Assembly (NCBI RefSeq): GCF_009914755.1
Contig: NC_060932.1
Origin: the human T2T-CHM13v2.0 reference genome, Homo sapiens
Direction: 5' to 3' (one strand)
Length of the DNA stretch: 64,000 bases
Position 1 is the stretch's first letter. Every line of letters starts with the position of its first letter. Below, piece after piece: positions 1 to 12,199 of the stretch. The notes below the pieces were generated by a model. That model saw only the letters and a program-made list of their open reading frames with translations, did no database searches and was not told the DNA's origin. A program made the position numbers and the translations under genes.

Positions 1-60
1 ACATCTGCTGTCAGCCTCCACAAATAATCTCTCAGACAGGATGGTTAAAAATAAAATCAA

Positions 61-371
<311 letters not shown>

Positions 372-529
372 TCAATTCCTCCACTTCAGCCTTTTCCTTG
401 AGAGTAGTGAGGTCTGGCGCCCTCCTGAAGTTGTGCAGGGCTCAACGTCGATTACAGAGGAAAGTCTGGACCATCCAGAATATTCCAACACAGCATTCAT
501 GAATTAACCACAGAGGGAAGACTTTGTTC

Positions 530-828
530 ATATTCCTTGAAAAATTACTCCCAAGATCCATTGTAATGAGCCTTTTTGGCATCATATATGAACCATATAA
601 CTTCTGGGTCATTGCCATGGCATTTGTAAATTGTCATGGTGCTGATGTGGTGTCTTATGAGAATGTATTATAATTAGCATATAATGAGCAATGAGGGCAA
701 CTAGAAGTCACTTATGTCACCATCTTGGTCCTAGCTGGTTTGGGCCAGTTTCTTTGTTATATCCTGTTTTGATCACAGGGTCATGATCAAGGCTCGGAAA
801 ACAAGTCCTGCTGATATCATACCTCACA
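530..828 (-). mobile_element. ERV1-class LTR fragment (MER4-group-like)
   Basis: Resembles antisense ERV1 LTR text (GGGTCATTGCCATGGCATTTGTAAA...AATTAGCATATAATGAGC...CCTCACA); subfamily not determined. Confidence 0.55.
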
Positions 829-1304
829 ACTATTTCGGGATTGGTCAGCAACTCAAATATTGTCTTCTGTTAAGCAATGTCTGTTAAACGGGAAAATGGA
901 CGAGAGACATAAATAGAGAGATCACAGGAAAATGCAAATATCCACTAGCCATATCAAACATATCAAACCATATCAAGTGCTCAAGCTCACTTATAATTTA
1001 AAAATGCAAATTAAAAATACACCCGGATACTATTTTCATTTTCATCTGTCACATTGGTGAAAATCCAAAGAGTAAATAAGAGGACATTCTTTCTGACACC
1101 ACCATGAAAACAAGCACTCACTCCTCAATGACAAAATTGTCCAAAGACCAGATAGAGCAACTGGGCAATACTCATATAAACTGCAAATATATTTAACTTT
1201 TGTCCCTTGATCTCATTTCTGGAAAGCTGTGGTATAATGGTATATGTAAGGAATGACATTAGGGACAATTGCAGCGTCATGTATATGAAAGTTGACTTCA
1301 TAAA

Positions 1305-1719
1305 TTGAGTTATTCTGGTCATACCCGACTAAGTCAAGGCAGAGGGCCAGAGGAAAACCACTCAGGCAGACAGCACCTGCTCCAAGAACCATCTGCAAGC
1401 CCAAGTGCTGAAACGCCTGCTGCAACTTTACAATCAGGTGCACCTAACAGCTGCTGGAACGACCTGCCGTGACTCAAAGACAAGGTCTACCTACTGTGTC
1501 ACTCACCCATCAGAGCCTGCCAGCTCCCCAAACCTCTACCAGGGCCCACAAGTTTTCTTTCTAAACAATAGGTAACATTTCTTAAATAAAACTCAACCTT
1601 CTCTTTGTTCGTCAGACACACCAAACACATTTCTGGTCTGTGTACGCCCAGAATTACAATTCTGTGATTCCTGAATAAAACGTTTAGAGATTCATCCTAT
1701 AATGTATTTGACTTTGACA
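1305..1719 (+). mobile_element. Solo LTR, ERV1-like
   Basis: TG...CA bounded (ends GACTTTGACA), internal AATAAA motifs and LTR-like U3/R/U5 layout; family uncertain. Confidence 0.5.
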
Positions 1720-1817
1720 TGTGAGATATAAAAACACTGTGAACAACACAAATGTTCATTCAAGGAGGCTATTTAAATTAACTATGGTACATCCAGGCCA
1801 TGGAATATGATGCAACT

Positions 1818-2222
1818 TGTATTAGTCCTTTCTCCCATTGCTATAAAGAAATACCTGAGGCTGGGCAATTTATAAAGAGAAGAGGTTTAATTGTCTCACA
1901 GTTCCACAGGCTGTGCAGGAAGCATGGTGCTGGCTTCTGGGGAGGCCTCAGGAAACTTACAATCATGATGGAAGGCAAAGGGGAAGCGGGCACCTCTTAC
2001 GTGGCCTGAGCAGGAGGAAGAAAGGGAGTTGCCTACACACTTTTAAAAAAAACAGATCTCGTGAGAACTCCATCACAAGAACAGCACCAAAGGGATAGTG
2101 CTAAACCATTCATGAAGGACCACCCCTATGATCCAATCACCTCCCACCAGGCCCCACCCCCAACACTGGGGATTACAATTCAACATGAGATTTGGGTGGG
2201 GACACAGATCCAAACTATATCA
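1818..2222 (-). mobile_element. MaLR solo LTR (MSTA/MSTB)
   Basis: TGTATTAGTCC...CAAACTATATCA matches MST consensus; 5-bp TSD CAACT at 1813-1817 and 2223-2227. Confidence 0.9.
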
Positions 2223-2399
2223 CAACTGTAAAAAAAAAAAAAAAAGACAAAGAAGAAAGCAAAGAAAGGAAAAGAGTGTGAAATTCCTGCTCCTGCCTGT
2301 GTTAACAGAGGGCCTCTATACAGAGGGTTGAGAGGAGAAAGCAGGGTGGAGAACACCACCTGTGGATTGCCCTTTGGGGCCTACTCACATGGGCCCAAT

Positions 2400-2830
2400 T
2401 TCTCGTAAAACTAGTATTTAGGGTTTCTTTTGAATAAACATAGAAATTGGCCCACCCTGTCTTAAAACTTGGGAAAGTTACATTTGTCTTATCTGAGCTC
2501 CTTTCTCAGGAAACCAACCATCGGGCCTCCCAGACAGTATCAAGGCGCTGAAACTCAGTAGGTCCTTGAGGCCAGACCCCTCACCAGTCATGACTGCCTA
2601 GCTGCCTCCTCACTCTCCCTAATTCCTGTTTTCCCACACAGGGTGACATTTCTTCCCTGCTCTGGAAACTTCTAATTTTAGTGGGCTGAGGAGAGGGATT
2701 TGTGACTGAGCGCCCATCTCTGGGCTGTAGCACTTGAATGAGGCCTTCTTCCCTGGCACTGCTGTTGGTGATTGGCTTTCTGTGCAGGGCAGGGGGCCTA
2801 GATGACAACCCTGATGTTTGGGTAGCACTG
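2400..2830 (+). mobile_element. ERV1-class LTR fragment
   Basis: AAAGTTACATTTGTCTTATCTGAGCTCCTTTCTCAGGAAACCAACCATC typical of MER4-group LTRs; limits approximate. Confidence 0.55.
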
Positions 2831-3003
2831 TCACTGTGAGAGGCATGGAAATCCTCCAGTTCTTAGTCTTCTTGGAGGAAGGAATTCAGACAAGAGATGC
2901 CTAGCAAGAGGTATAGGGTTAAGTAACCTTTATTTAAAGAGTCAGGATCTCAGAGAGACAAGACAGAACCTGCCACTCAGGAGATAGAGCCAAAAGCTAG
3001 TGA

Positions 3004-3224
<221 letters not shown>

Positions 3225-3248
3225 TGAAAGAGGAACTGCTCAAAAGAA

Positions 3249-3255
3249 TGAGTCA
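3249..3255. promoter_or_regulatory. AP-1 consensus site upstream of LY6K
   Basis: Exact TGAGTCA; occupancy is inferred only. Confidence 0.45.
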
Positions 3256-3489
3256 GTCGCTACTCACGCTGGGGAGACCCTCTTGATGAGAGTTTTACAG
3301 GATTACTCACGAACGGCCCAGGCAGGGGCCTTACTAGTAAGCACGTTTTGGGAAGTCCTCAGGGCACGCAGGCACCGTGACCTCACACACTAGTGCGCTG
3401 GAGTGTGTCATTAGCATCTGGAATCTCTCCCCAGGGATGTGGTTTTTGTTTTTTTTTTTTTTTTTGGTATTATAATGAGCTAAAAGCTA

Positions 3490-4600
3490 TTCAGGGGCGA
3501 GTTATCAGAGGTGAGCCCGTGCTCTTCAGCGGAGAAGATCCCCTACCTGGCCGCCGGCCACTTTCTGTGGGCCGTGGGGTCCTCAAGGAGACGGCCCTTG
3601 GGCTCAGGGGCTGCGTTTCCACACGCGCCTTTCCCAGGGCTCCCGCGCCCGTTCCTGCCTGGCCGCCGGCCGCTCCAACAGCAGCACAAGGCGGGACTCA
3701 GAACCGGCGTTCAGGGCCGCCAGCGGCCGCGAGGCCCTGAGATGAGGCTCCAAAGACCCCGACAGGCCCCGGCGGGTGGGAGGCGCGCGCCCCGGGGCGG
3801 GCGGGGCTCCCCCTACCGGCCAGACCCGGGGAGAGGCGCGCGGAGGCTGCGAAGGTTCCAGAAGGGCGGGGAGGGGGCGCCGCGCGCTGACCCTCCCTGG
3901 GCACCGCTGGGGACGATGGCGCTGCTCGCCTTGCTGCTGGTCGTGGCCCTACCGCGGGTGTGGACAGACGCCAACCTGACTGCGAGACAACGAGATCCAG
4001 AGGACTCCCAGCGAACGGGTGAGCCTGGCTCGCCCTCCACAGCCACGGGCCGAGAGGACAGGGCCGGGCGGCGTCTGCCTGGCACCGCGTGGCCACCGCC
4101 CCGACCAGGCCGTGAGAACGGAGCGTTCAGGCGGCCCGTGGCGCCTGGAAGCCTCTGGGGAGCCTCGCCTCGTGCGGCTTCCACCAGGGCGGCGGGGCAG
4201 CCTGAGCCCGGCCCTTCCCCAGCCCTTGCCCCGCTCCGGCCGCGCTTCCCCGGGAGCCCTCAGGCTGCAGGCTCCCGCCGGCCTGGCCTCCGGGGGCTTC
4301 ACGGGCTGAGAACCGTTCAAGCTGCGGGAGGAGGGCCGGCTCCTCCTGCAGAGCTAGGCCAGGCCCAACCCAGACCCAAGGGAGAACTCCTTTGAGGGAG
4401 TCGGGGGGCAGGACCTGGGAGGTGGGTGGACCTGGGAGGTGGGCGGGAGGGCACGTGGGAGCAGACCCAAGCCCCAGGGTCACTTCCACAGCCGTCGGCC
4501 GGGAGATGCCAGGGCCCGTGGGTGCCGCGTGGCCGACCTGGGGTCAGGGTGCTGCGGCCGAGTGGGGGTGCGCTGTGCGCTCATGTTGTGTGCTTGGATG
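3490..4600. promoter_or_regulatory. CpG island / LY6K promoter and exon 1
   Basis: Very GC- and CpG-rich; GC boxes (GGGGCGGGCGGGG near 3795). Confidence 0.85.
3916..4018 (+). CDS. LY6K: LY6K coding exon 1 (signal peptide)
   Basis: ACG ATG G Kozak context; MALLALLLVVALPRVWTDANLTARQRDPEDSQRT; donor G|GTGAGC; 103 nt, phase 1. Confidence 0.97.
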
Positions 4601-4647
4601 TGGGAGGACGGGGGAGCCCCCAGGAGAGAAGAAAAATCACTCAGAAT

Positions 4648-4814
4648 GTAAAGAAGTCCGGGGGCTGGGCAATTTATAAAGAAGAGAGGTGGAATTGGCT
4701 CACAGTTCCACAGGCTGTCCAGGAAGCGTGGTGCTGGCTTCTGGGGAGGCCTCAGGGCACTTACAATCATGGGGGAAGGCGAAGGGGAAGCGGGCAGCTC
4801 TTACGTGGCCGGAG
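4648..4814 (-). mobile_element. MST LTR fragment in LY6K intron 1
   Basis: GGCTGGGCAATTTATAAAG...CTCTTACGTGGCC, near-copy of about 1845-2010. Confidence 0.8.
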
Positions 4815-4987
4815 ACCCCTCCTGCTTTCTCCCCATGCGGCTCACTCGAGTCATGTGGCCCCAGCCACTGCTCAGGGGGAGAAGGATGGGGACCCGCCGA
4901 GTTTGTGCTGGTCGGATGCCGGCTGTGTTCATCAGATAGGCACGGAGAACTGGAACATTCTGCTTTCTTTTTTATTCCTCCTTTCAG

Positions 4988-5101
4988 ACGAGGGTGACAA
5001 TAGAGTGTGGTGTCATGTTTGTGAGAGAGAAAACACTTTCGAGTGCCAGAACCCAAGGAGGTGCAAATGGACAGAGCCATACTGCGTTATAGCGGCCGTG
5101 A
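4988..5101 (+). CDS. LY6K: LY6K coding exon 2 (first half of LU domain)
   Basis: Pyrimidine tract and TTTCAG acceptor; DEGDNRVWCHVCERENTFECQNPRRCKWTEPYCVIAAV (5 Cys); donor A|GTGAGT; 114 nt. Confidence 0.97.
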
Positions 5102-5210
5102 GTGAGTATCTTCGCTCTTGTTGGGGACCCAAAGGCAGGTGAACAGAGGGCTTTCAGGAATCAGGGCTGTCTAGTTTTCCTCAATGGGGAATAACTAATA
5201 GAAAGTAGCC

Positions 5211-5496
5211 TTTTTTTTTTTTTATTTTCTGAGACGGAGTCAGGCTGGAGTGCAGTGGTGTGATCTCGGCTCACTGCAACCTCGCCTTCCGGGTTCAAGC
5301 GATTCTCCTGCCTCAGCCTCCAGAGTAGCTGGTATTATGGATGCGCGCCACCACACTGGCTAATTTTTTATTTTTAGTAGAGGTGGGGTTTCACCATGTT
5401 GGTCAGGCTGGTCTCGAACTCCTGACCTCAGGTGACCCACCCGCCCTCGGCCCCCCAAAGTGCTGGGATTACAAGCGTAAGCCACCGCGCCCTGCC
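5211..5496 (-). mobile_element. Alu (AluS-like) in LY6K intron 2
   Basis: T-tail plus Alu reverse complement with a short internal deletion. Confidence 0.95.
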
Positions 5497-6478
5497 TTTT
5501 TTTCCCTTTAAAATGTGAAGAGCAAAGTCCTCAGAGGCCAGAGAGAGGTGTAGGAACTGTGCTAGTGTAAGGCAGTGCCTGCTACAGTGGGTCCAGATGA
5601 AATACTGGGAGGTAGGAAGAAAATCTGGATTTCATATCATCCATTTTTAAATGAAAAATTAAGCTTTAATAGTGTTAAATGCGCCACAGAGAACAGTGTC
5701 TATGTCACTCTTACAAGAGATGCACAAAACCAAGGTGTACAGCCTTCAAGTGTGTTCTCAAAGGAGGGTGCATGCCTTAAAAATTGTGGAGACCACTGCT
5801 CTGTCATCTGTGATTCCCCTGAAAACCTCTGGGTACATGAAGCCCTCCCCAAGGGGAATCTGGACACCCAGCACATTCTGCCCACAGGGAGATCTTCAGG
5901 GCTCGTGAATTCTGATTCCGCCCAGCAGTCACTCTCCAGCCCTTCGGTATCCACGAAGTTGGTGGGGTGCTGAGGTGATGCTTCAGACTCAGTGTGGCCC
6001 ACATCGACTTTATAACTTAATATGGCAAAATGATTTGTACAGTGATGTATAAGATGAAGTGTGGTCATGAGACAAGACCCCCAGCTCAGAGTCGAGCCAG
6101 GCCCACCAAGAGGCCAGCTCCACACCCTGGGTGATGGCCAGAATGGCTGGGAGTCATGTGTCTGTCTGTGGTCACAAAGGCCTGAGCCAACCCTGTGTTT
6201 GAGAAGTTGAGACCTGTTTGTTCCCAAACAGCAACCCCTAGACCCGCATTCCCAGTGCATATGGACAGGCCATACCACGCAGAAGCCAGCCCTTCCCTGA
6301 AGCAGCATTCAACACACAGGCCTGGCCCTCGTCCTCCCGACTCCCCCTTGGTGCCCCAGTTGACTGTGCACCTTTGAGCAGGGCCGCCAGGGGTGAGGCT
6401 TTGACCCAGACAGAAGGGCCTCGGTGTCAGGCATTGGAATTGCGTGATTGCCTTCTCTCGGTCTTTATTTCCTATTAG

Positions 6479-6759
6479 AAATATTTCCACGTTTTTTCAT
6501 GGTTGCGAAGCAGTGCTCCGCTGGTTGTGCAGCGATGGAGAGACCCAAGCCAGAGGAGAAGCGGTTTCTCCTGGAAGAGCCCATGCCCTTCTTTTACCTC
6601 AAGTGTTGTAAAATTCGCTACTGCAATTTAGAGGGGCCACCTATCAACTCATCAGTGTTCAAAGAATATGCTGGGAGCATGGGTGAGAGCTGTGGTGGGC
6701 TGTGGCTGGCCATCCTCCTGCTGCTGGCCTCCATTGCAGCCGGCCTCAGCCTGTCTTGA
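6479..6759 (+). CDS. LY6K: LY6K coding exon 3 (end of LU domain and GPI signal)
   Basis: TATTAG acceptor; KIFPRFFMVAKQCSAGC...KCCKIRYCN...LWLAILLLLASIAAGLSLS*; 103+114+281=498 nt = 165 aa plus stop; 10-Cys LU pattern. Confidence 0.97.
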
Positions 6760-6827
6760 GCCACGGGACTGCCACAGACTGAGCCTTCCGGAGCATGGAC
6801 TCGCTCCAGACCGTTGTCACCTGTTGC

Positions 6828-6833
6828 ATTAAA
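6828..6833 (+). terminator. Candidate proximal LY6K polyA signal
   Basis: ATTAAA about 70 nt after the stop, followed by a T/GT-rich tract. Confidence 0.5.
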
Positions 6834-7562
6834 CTTGTTTTCTGTTGATTACCTCTTGGTTTGACTTCCCAGGGTCTTGGGATGGGAGAGTGGGGATCAG
6901 GTGCAGTTGGCTCTTAACCCTCAAGGGTTCTTTAACTCACATTCAGAGGAAGTCCAGATCTCCTGAGTAGTGATTTTGGTGACAAGTTTTTCTCTTTGAA
7001 ATCAAACCTTGTAACTCATTTATTGCTGATGGCCACTCTTTTCCTTGACTCCCCTCTGCCTCTGAGGGCTTCAGTATTGATGGGGAGGGAGGCCTAAGTA
7101 CCACTCATGGAGAGTATGTGCTGAGATGCTTCCGACCTTTCAGGTGACGCAGGAACACTGGGGGAGTCTGAATGATTGGGGTGAAGACATCCCTGGAGTG
7201 AAGGACTCCTCAGCATGGGGGGCAGTGGGGCACACGTTAGGGCTGCCCCCATTCCAGTGGTGGAGGCGCTGTGGATGGCTGCTTTTCCTCAACCTTTCCT
7301 ACCAGATTCCAGGAGGCAGAAGATAACTAATTGTGTTGAAGAAACTTAGACTTCACCCACCAGCTGGCACAGGTGCACAGATTCATAAATTCCCACACGT
7401 GTGTGTTCAACATCTGAAACTTAGGCCAAGTAGAGAGCATCAGGGTAAATGGCGTTCATTTCTCTGTTAAGATGCAGCCATCCATGGGGAGCTGAGAAAT
7501 CAGACTCAAAGTTCCACCAAAAACAAATACAAGGGGACTTCAAAAGTTCACGAAAAAATTGA

Positions 7563-7568
7563 ATTAAA
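7563..7568 (+). terminator. Candidate distal LY6K polyA signal inside HSMAR2
   Basis: ATTAAA at 7563 and a second at 7577, followed by TGTTTTATTTC. Confidence 0.55.
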
Positions 7569-7589
7569 AGATAAAAATTAAAAAATGTT

Positions 7590-8643
7590 TTATTTCTCAG
7601 CATGAGCTCCATCAAGGTCGAGACGCTTCTGCAAGTAATGGTACCAGCCATTCAGTTCATCCCTAAAGAATTGGGCACCCTGGGAATTTAACCATGCCAC
7701 TTCAGTCTTTGTGACGTTATTAACTGAAGAAAAGTGGGTGCCCTTTAAAGATTTTTTAAAATTATAAAACAGAAGTAACCAAATCAGGCCTGGAAGGTGT
7801 ATGCCTAGTGATTTCCCATTGAAACTCTCACAAAACTGGCCTTGTTTGATGAGAGGAATGAGCAGGAGCATTGTCATGGTGGAGAAGGGCTCTCTGGTGA
7901 AGCTTTCCGGGGTGACGATTTCCTGGGTGTTTTCCTGCTAAATCGTTGGCTGACTTTCTCTATACACTCTCATAATAAGATGTTACTGTTCTTTGGCCCT
8001 CCAGAAAGTCAATAAGCAAGATGCCTTGAGCATTCACAAAACGGTTGCCACGACCTTTGCCCTTGACATGTCTGCTTTTACTCTGATGGGACCACGCCCA
8101 CCTCTAGGTAGTCATTGCTTTGCTTGTGCTTTGCCTTCAGGAGTGTACTGGTTAAGCCACATTTCATCTCCGGCTATAATTATATGAAGAAATGCTTCAG
8201 GATCTTGATTCCACTTGTTTAAAATGGCCATAGAACGCTTTTCTCTTATCTGCAGCTGAGCTGGGAGAAAGTTTTGGCACCCACCGAGTGGACAGTTTAC
8301 TCAACTTTAATTTCAGTCAGAATTGTGTAAGCTGAACACCTTGGGATACCTACAGCGTTGGCTATTGTTTCTGCTGCTATTAATCAGTCCTCTTAAATTA
8401 GGGCACAAACAAGATGAATTGTTTCCTCACAGACTGATGTGGCTGGCCTGCTGCTGTGGACTTCCTCTCCAACATCATCTCTTCTCTTCTTCCAATGAGT
8501 TATCCACTTACTTAAATTGCTGATTTCTTTGAGGCATTGTCCCTATAAACTTTCAATAAATCATCAATGATTTCACCATGTTTCCAGCCAAGCTTCACCA
8601 TCAATTGCATGTTTGTTCTGGTTTCAATTTTAGCAGAATTCAT
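7590..8643 (-). pseudogene. Decayed mariner (Hsmar2) transposase
   Basis: N-terminus MNSAKIETRTNMQLMVKLGWKHGEII...KKSAI* (premature TAA); C-terminus LKGTHFSSVNNV...WLNSQGAQFFRDELNGWYHYLQKRLDLDGAHAEK. Confidence 0.88.
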
Positions 8644-11129
8644 GTGTCTGATAGGAGCTCTGTTCAAACTGTTGTCTTATACTTCTTAGGGCCTCAAACT
8701 AGATCCTGTTCGGACGTGTTTTCACAAGTTAGTACAAGTTTATTTTGTTGCAAAACAATTTGAAATTCATGCATTCTTTTTCCCAATATGCATTTTCCAT
8801 GAACATTCTAAAGATCACTCATCCTTCCTCCCCATGTTGTCTATTCAATGTCAGGGAGGATGTGACCCCACCCACTGCTCACCTTTGTCTCCCTTCTGTC
8901 CCCACCATCCTGGCCAGCCACTGCCTGGTCTAATACCAGAGGCTGCTGGGTGGGGAAGCCTGGGGAACCTTCCAGATAGAGTTTCTTCGCTATTCCTGAG
9001 GCATGGGGAAAAGGCTCATCTCAGTCACATCTGAACACTTCGAACCTGAGGCCAAAGTCCATTCTAGGGGCAGTGGGCAAGGAGGGTCCCAGCAACTCAG
9101 GACCAGATAGGACCACCAGCACCTGTCAGGCTCTGCCTGTGTGTCCATCTTTTTGCCCGTCACAGGCTGGTGTTCACATCCTGCCATTCACACCAGCACC
9201 CAGAAACAGTAGCCCCAGCTGCTTCCAATTCGCAGCCCTGGGCTTGAGTTTGGGGAGCATTACTTTCATTAAGGCAGGCAAAAGTGGGAACTTCATTCAG
9301 AAAGAGCAAGTGAGGTAGGAGGTCAGCCACATGAGAGAGTTTCCATGGCAGCCTTCCATTAGAGTCTCTTCAAATGAAGGATGTAATCTGTGATGTAAAA
9401 TCATAGCAAGTCAAGAAATGTGAATACGGAAAAATTCGAAATTGGGAACTGCTGGGTCTCTGGTAACACTAGGAGCACTCCCAATTACTTGAGTAAGGGA
9501 GATAGAAAATTATTGCAGGGTTAGGAATTAGAATGGATCAAGGAGTTTGCTGTCTCCAGTGTGATAGATGCTCTTTCTAGAAAAGTCACCATGGATGGAA
9601 GACAGAACGGAGGGTAGTGTCTAGAAAAGAACAAGGTTCAACACAGATGCTCCATTATGAATGTAAAAGCTCAAGTATTGTTGACCAAAGGTTAAGAGTC
9701 AGTCTAGAGTGAGGGATTGGAGAAGCAGGAGATGGTGGCCCAGCTGGTCAGGGAAGGTCCTTACACAGGCAGAATAGTCTAGGGGACAGATCCAAGGCCG
9801 AGACACTGACAAGGAGAACAGACACTTCTATCAACATGGAAGAGCAATAGGCAAGAATACAGAGAAAGATCATGTATAGGAAGAGGCCAGGAAGTTGAAA
9901 GAATTATCCCCAGCAGTCACATTTTCTCTGTGAAACAGAATACGGTGGTGTCTGCTCAGAGAATGAGGGTACAAATAAGGTTGGACTTTGAGTGCCATGA
10001 TGGAAGCTTAGGACTATCCCCAAAGGTAAGAGAGAAGGGATATCTTAGGGGACATAACATAGGATAGCCCAGCATTGTGGAGGTCATGGCTAAGACAGGG
10101 CATTAAACATTTGCAGAGACCTGCAAGAGTTCGGTAGTGGATTTTCCCCAGCAGCAGCCCATGTTTATGAGGGGGAAAGGCAGATAACAAAAGTACATCT
10201 GGGTGTGAGCTAGTTCAGAAGGTCACGATGGAAAGAGAGCAGTTGAGTGATGAACTATGGGAACTTCACTGAATGGAGAAGTCAAAGTAAGGTTAGAAAT
10301 ATCAGTTTTGAAGCAGTACCAAGGCCAGAGGCTATAGATGGCACAGAAACACAGAGCAGATATTGGCAATCCCATGATTAAGAGAGTAGGAAAGAAGGAG
10401 ATTACAACCACTAAAAATAACCAGAACTTAGTACACAATAAATGAAGGCTCAAAACTAATGGGGAAAGAATGGATTATTGAATAAATGATATTGCTAAAA
10501 TAGGCTACTGTGTTACTACTAGATCAGGTGTGTGAGTAATGGAAATCCCCACATCATAATGACTTAAACAACACAAGAATGTGTATTTCTTGCTCTTGTA
10601 AATGAAGTGAGCAAGTAAGCAGCCCAGGGCTGTGGGCCACTGCTGGAAGGACCCCTTTTCACGTGCCACCACAGCTCGGAGCACACACGGGGAAAGGGGA
10701 ATGGATGGGTTCCATAAGACCAGCATTGTTTTCAGAATTATAAATTCTCCAAAATATATATGCATGTATATATCATCACCTATGTGTAGGCTTTAAAAAC
10801 AAAGAAAATTGAAAATTTGAGGTTCCACTTTGAGTCCGGAAAGCAGTCTTCTAAGAATAAGTATGTCAGGGTTTCCAAGAGCTGCTGGTAGCCTGATGGC
10901 TGGACTCAGAGGATCACATGAAGACACACTGGAAAGTATCTTGAACATGGGTTTCATGTCTTGATCTCTGAAAACAGAAAACGACCCTCCTGTAATACAC
11001 ATGAAGTAATTCATAAATTTCCAAACAGCTAGACTTTCTGAAAGCTCTGCTTGGTCAAACAAACATGTCCAGGTCTCTGAAATGCCTTTCTATCTCAAGC
11101 ACTAAAAAACTATTACTGACTAAATTCTT

Positions 11130-11610
11130 TTATGGTCAAACACAAAACTGATACTATAAAACAGAAACAGCACAAGAAAGGAAATTAGAAGCCATCATAA
11201 TTGTGAACAAAAGATAAATAAAATATTGGCTAATCAAATCCAAGTGTATGAAAATACTAATACATTATGATAAGTACAATTTATCCCAGAAATGCGAGAA
11301 CAATAAAAATCTTAGGAAAAGATACCACTCACCATAGCAAGAGAATACGCAATAATAACCAAATGATAATCAACGTTCAGTTATAACATTTTAAAAATCC
11401 TGGATACCTAAGAATAGAAGGCAATTTCAATATTTTGAAAAAAGTTACTTACCAGAAACCTCAAGCAAACACCATACTTAGTGGTGAAGCATTAGAAGTG
11501 TTCTATCTAAGTGCAAAAACATGATAAGCCTATACATTGTTACCACTGCAATAAAACATTAAAGTGGAGAATTTAGTCATGTAGTATAAGAAAAATAAAG
11601 AGTATAGAAA
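11130..11610 (+). mobile_element. Old L1 (L1M) ORF2 fragment
   Basis: A-rich sequence with L1 ORF2-like phrases (AAGAATAGAAGGCAATTT, CATACTTAGTGGTGAAG). Confidence 0.55.
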
Positions 11611-11894
11611 CTTGTTCCCAACAATCTGCCCCATTAGATAGCCACCTATAACAGAAGACCTTAGACTAATTAATTTGTAAAGAACAGAAATTTATTGCTC
11701 ACAGTTCTGGCGGTGGAGAAGTCAAAGATCAAGATGCCAACAGATTTGATGTCTGGTGAAGGCCTGTTCCTCATAGATGGCACCTTCTATGTGTCTCTGG
11801 AAAGACCTAAAGAGGCAAAGACATTCCCTTCAGTCTCTTTCATAAAGGCATGAATCACATTCATGAGGGGTGCCTCCCAAAGGGATGCATCTCT

Positions 11895-12199
11895 TTTTTT
11901 TTTTTTTTTTTTTGACATGAAGTCTCGCTCTTGTCACCCAGGCTGGAGTGCAGTGGCGAGATCTTGGCCCACTGCAGCCTCCTCCTCCTCCTGGGTTCAA
12001 GCTATTCTCCTGCCTCAGCCTCCTGAGTAGACAGAATTACAGGCACCTGCCACCACACCCACCTAATTTTTGTACTTTTAGTAGAGACAGGGTTTTGCCA
12101 TATTGGCGAGGCTGGTCTCAAACTCCTGACCTAAGGTGATCCGCCTGCCTCGGCCTTCCAAAGTGCTGGGATTACAGGTGTGAGCCACCACGTCTGGCT
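11895..12199 (-). mobile_element. Alu (AluS-like) inserted in the MaLR LTR
   Basis: T-tail plus Alu body; degenerate TSD GGGATGCATCTCTT / GGGTTGCACCTCTT. Confidence 0.95.

Larger units (their letters stand above)
7530..8821 (-). mobile_element. HSMAR2 mariner DNA transposon, near full length
   Basis: Degenerate TIRs CAAGGGGACTTCAAAAGTTCACGAAAAAAT (after TA) and CATTTTCCATGAACATTCTAAAGATCACTCA; about 1.29 kb. Confidence 0.9.

Noticed and set aside
3393-5142. Many overlapping long ORFs around LY6K exon 1 (294 aa, 238 aa and others)
   Set aside because: Stop-poor CpG-island DNA; only the spliced LY6K segments have family motifs and splice signals
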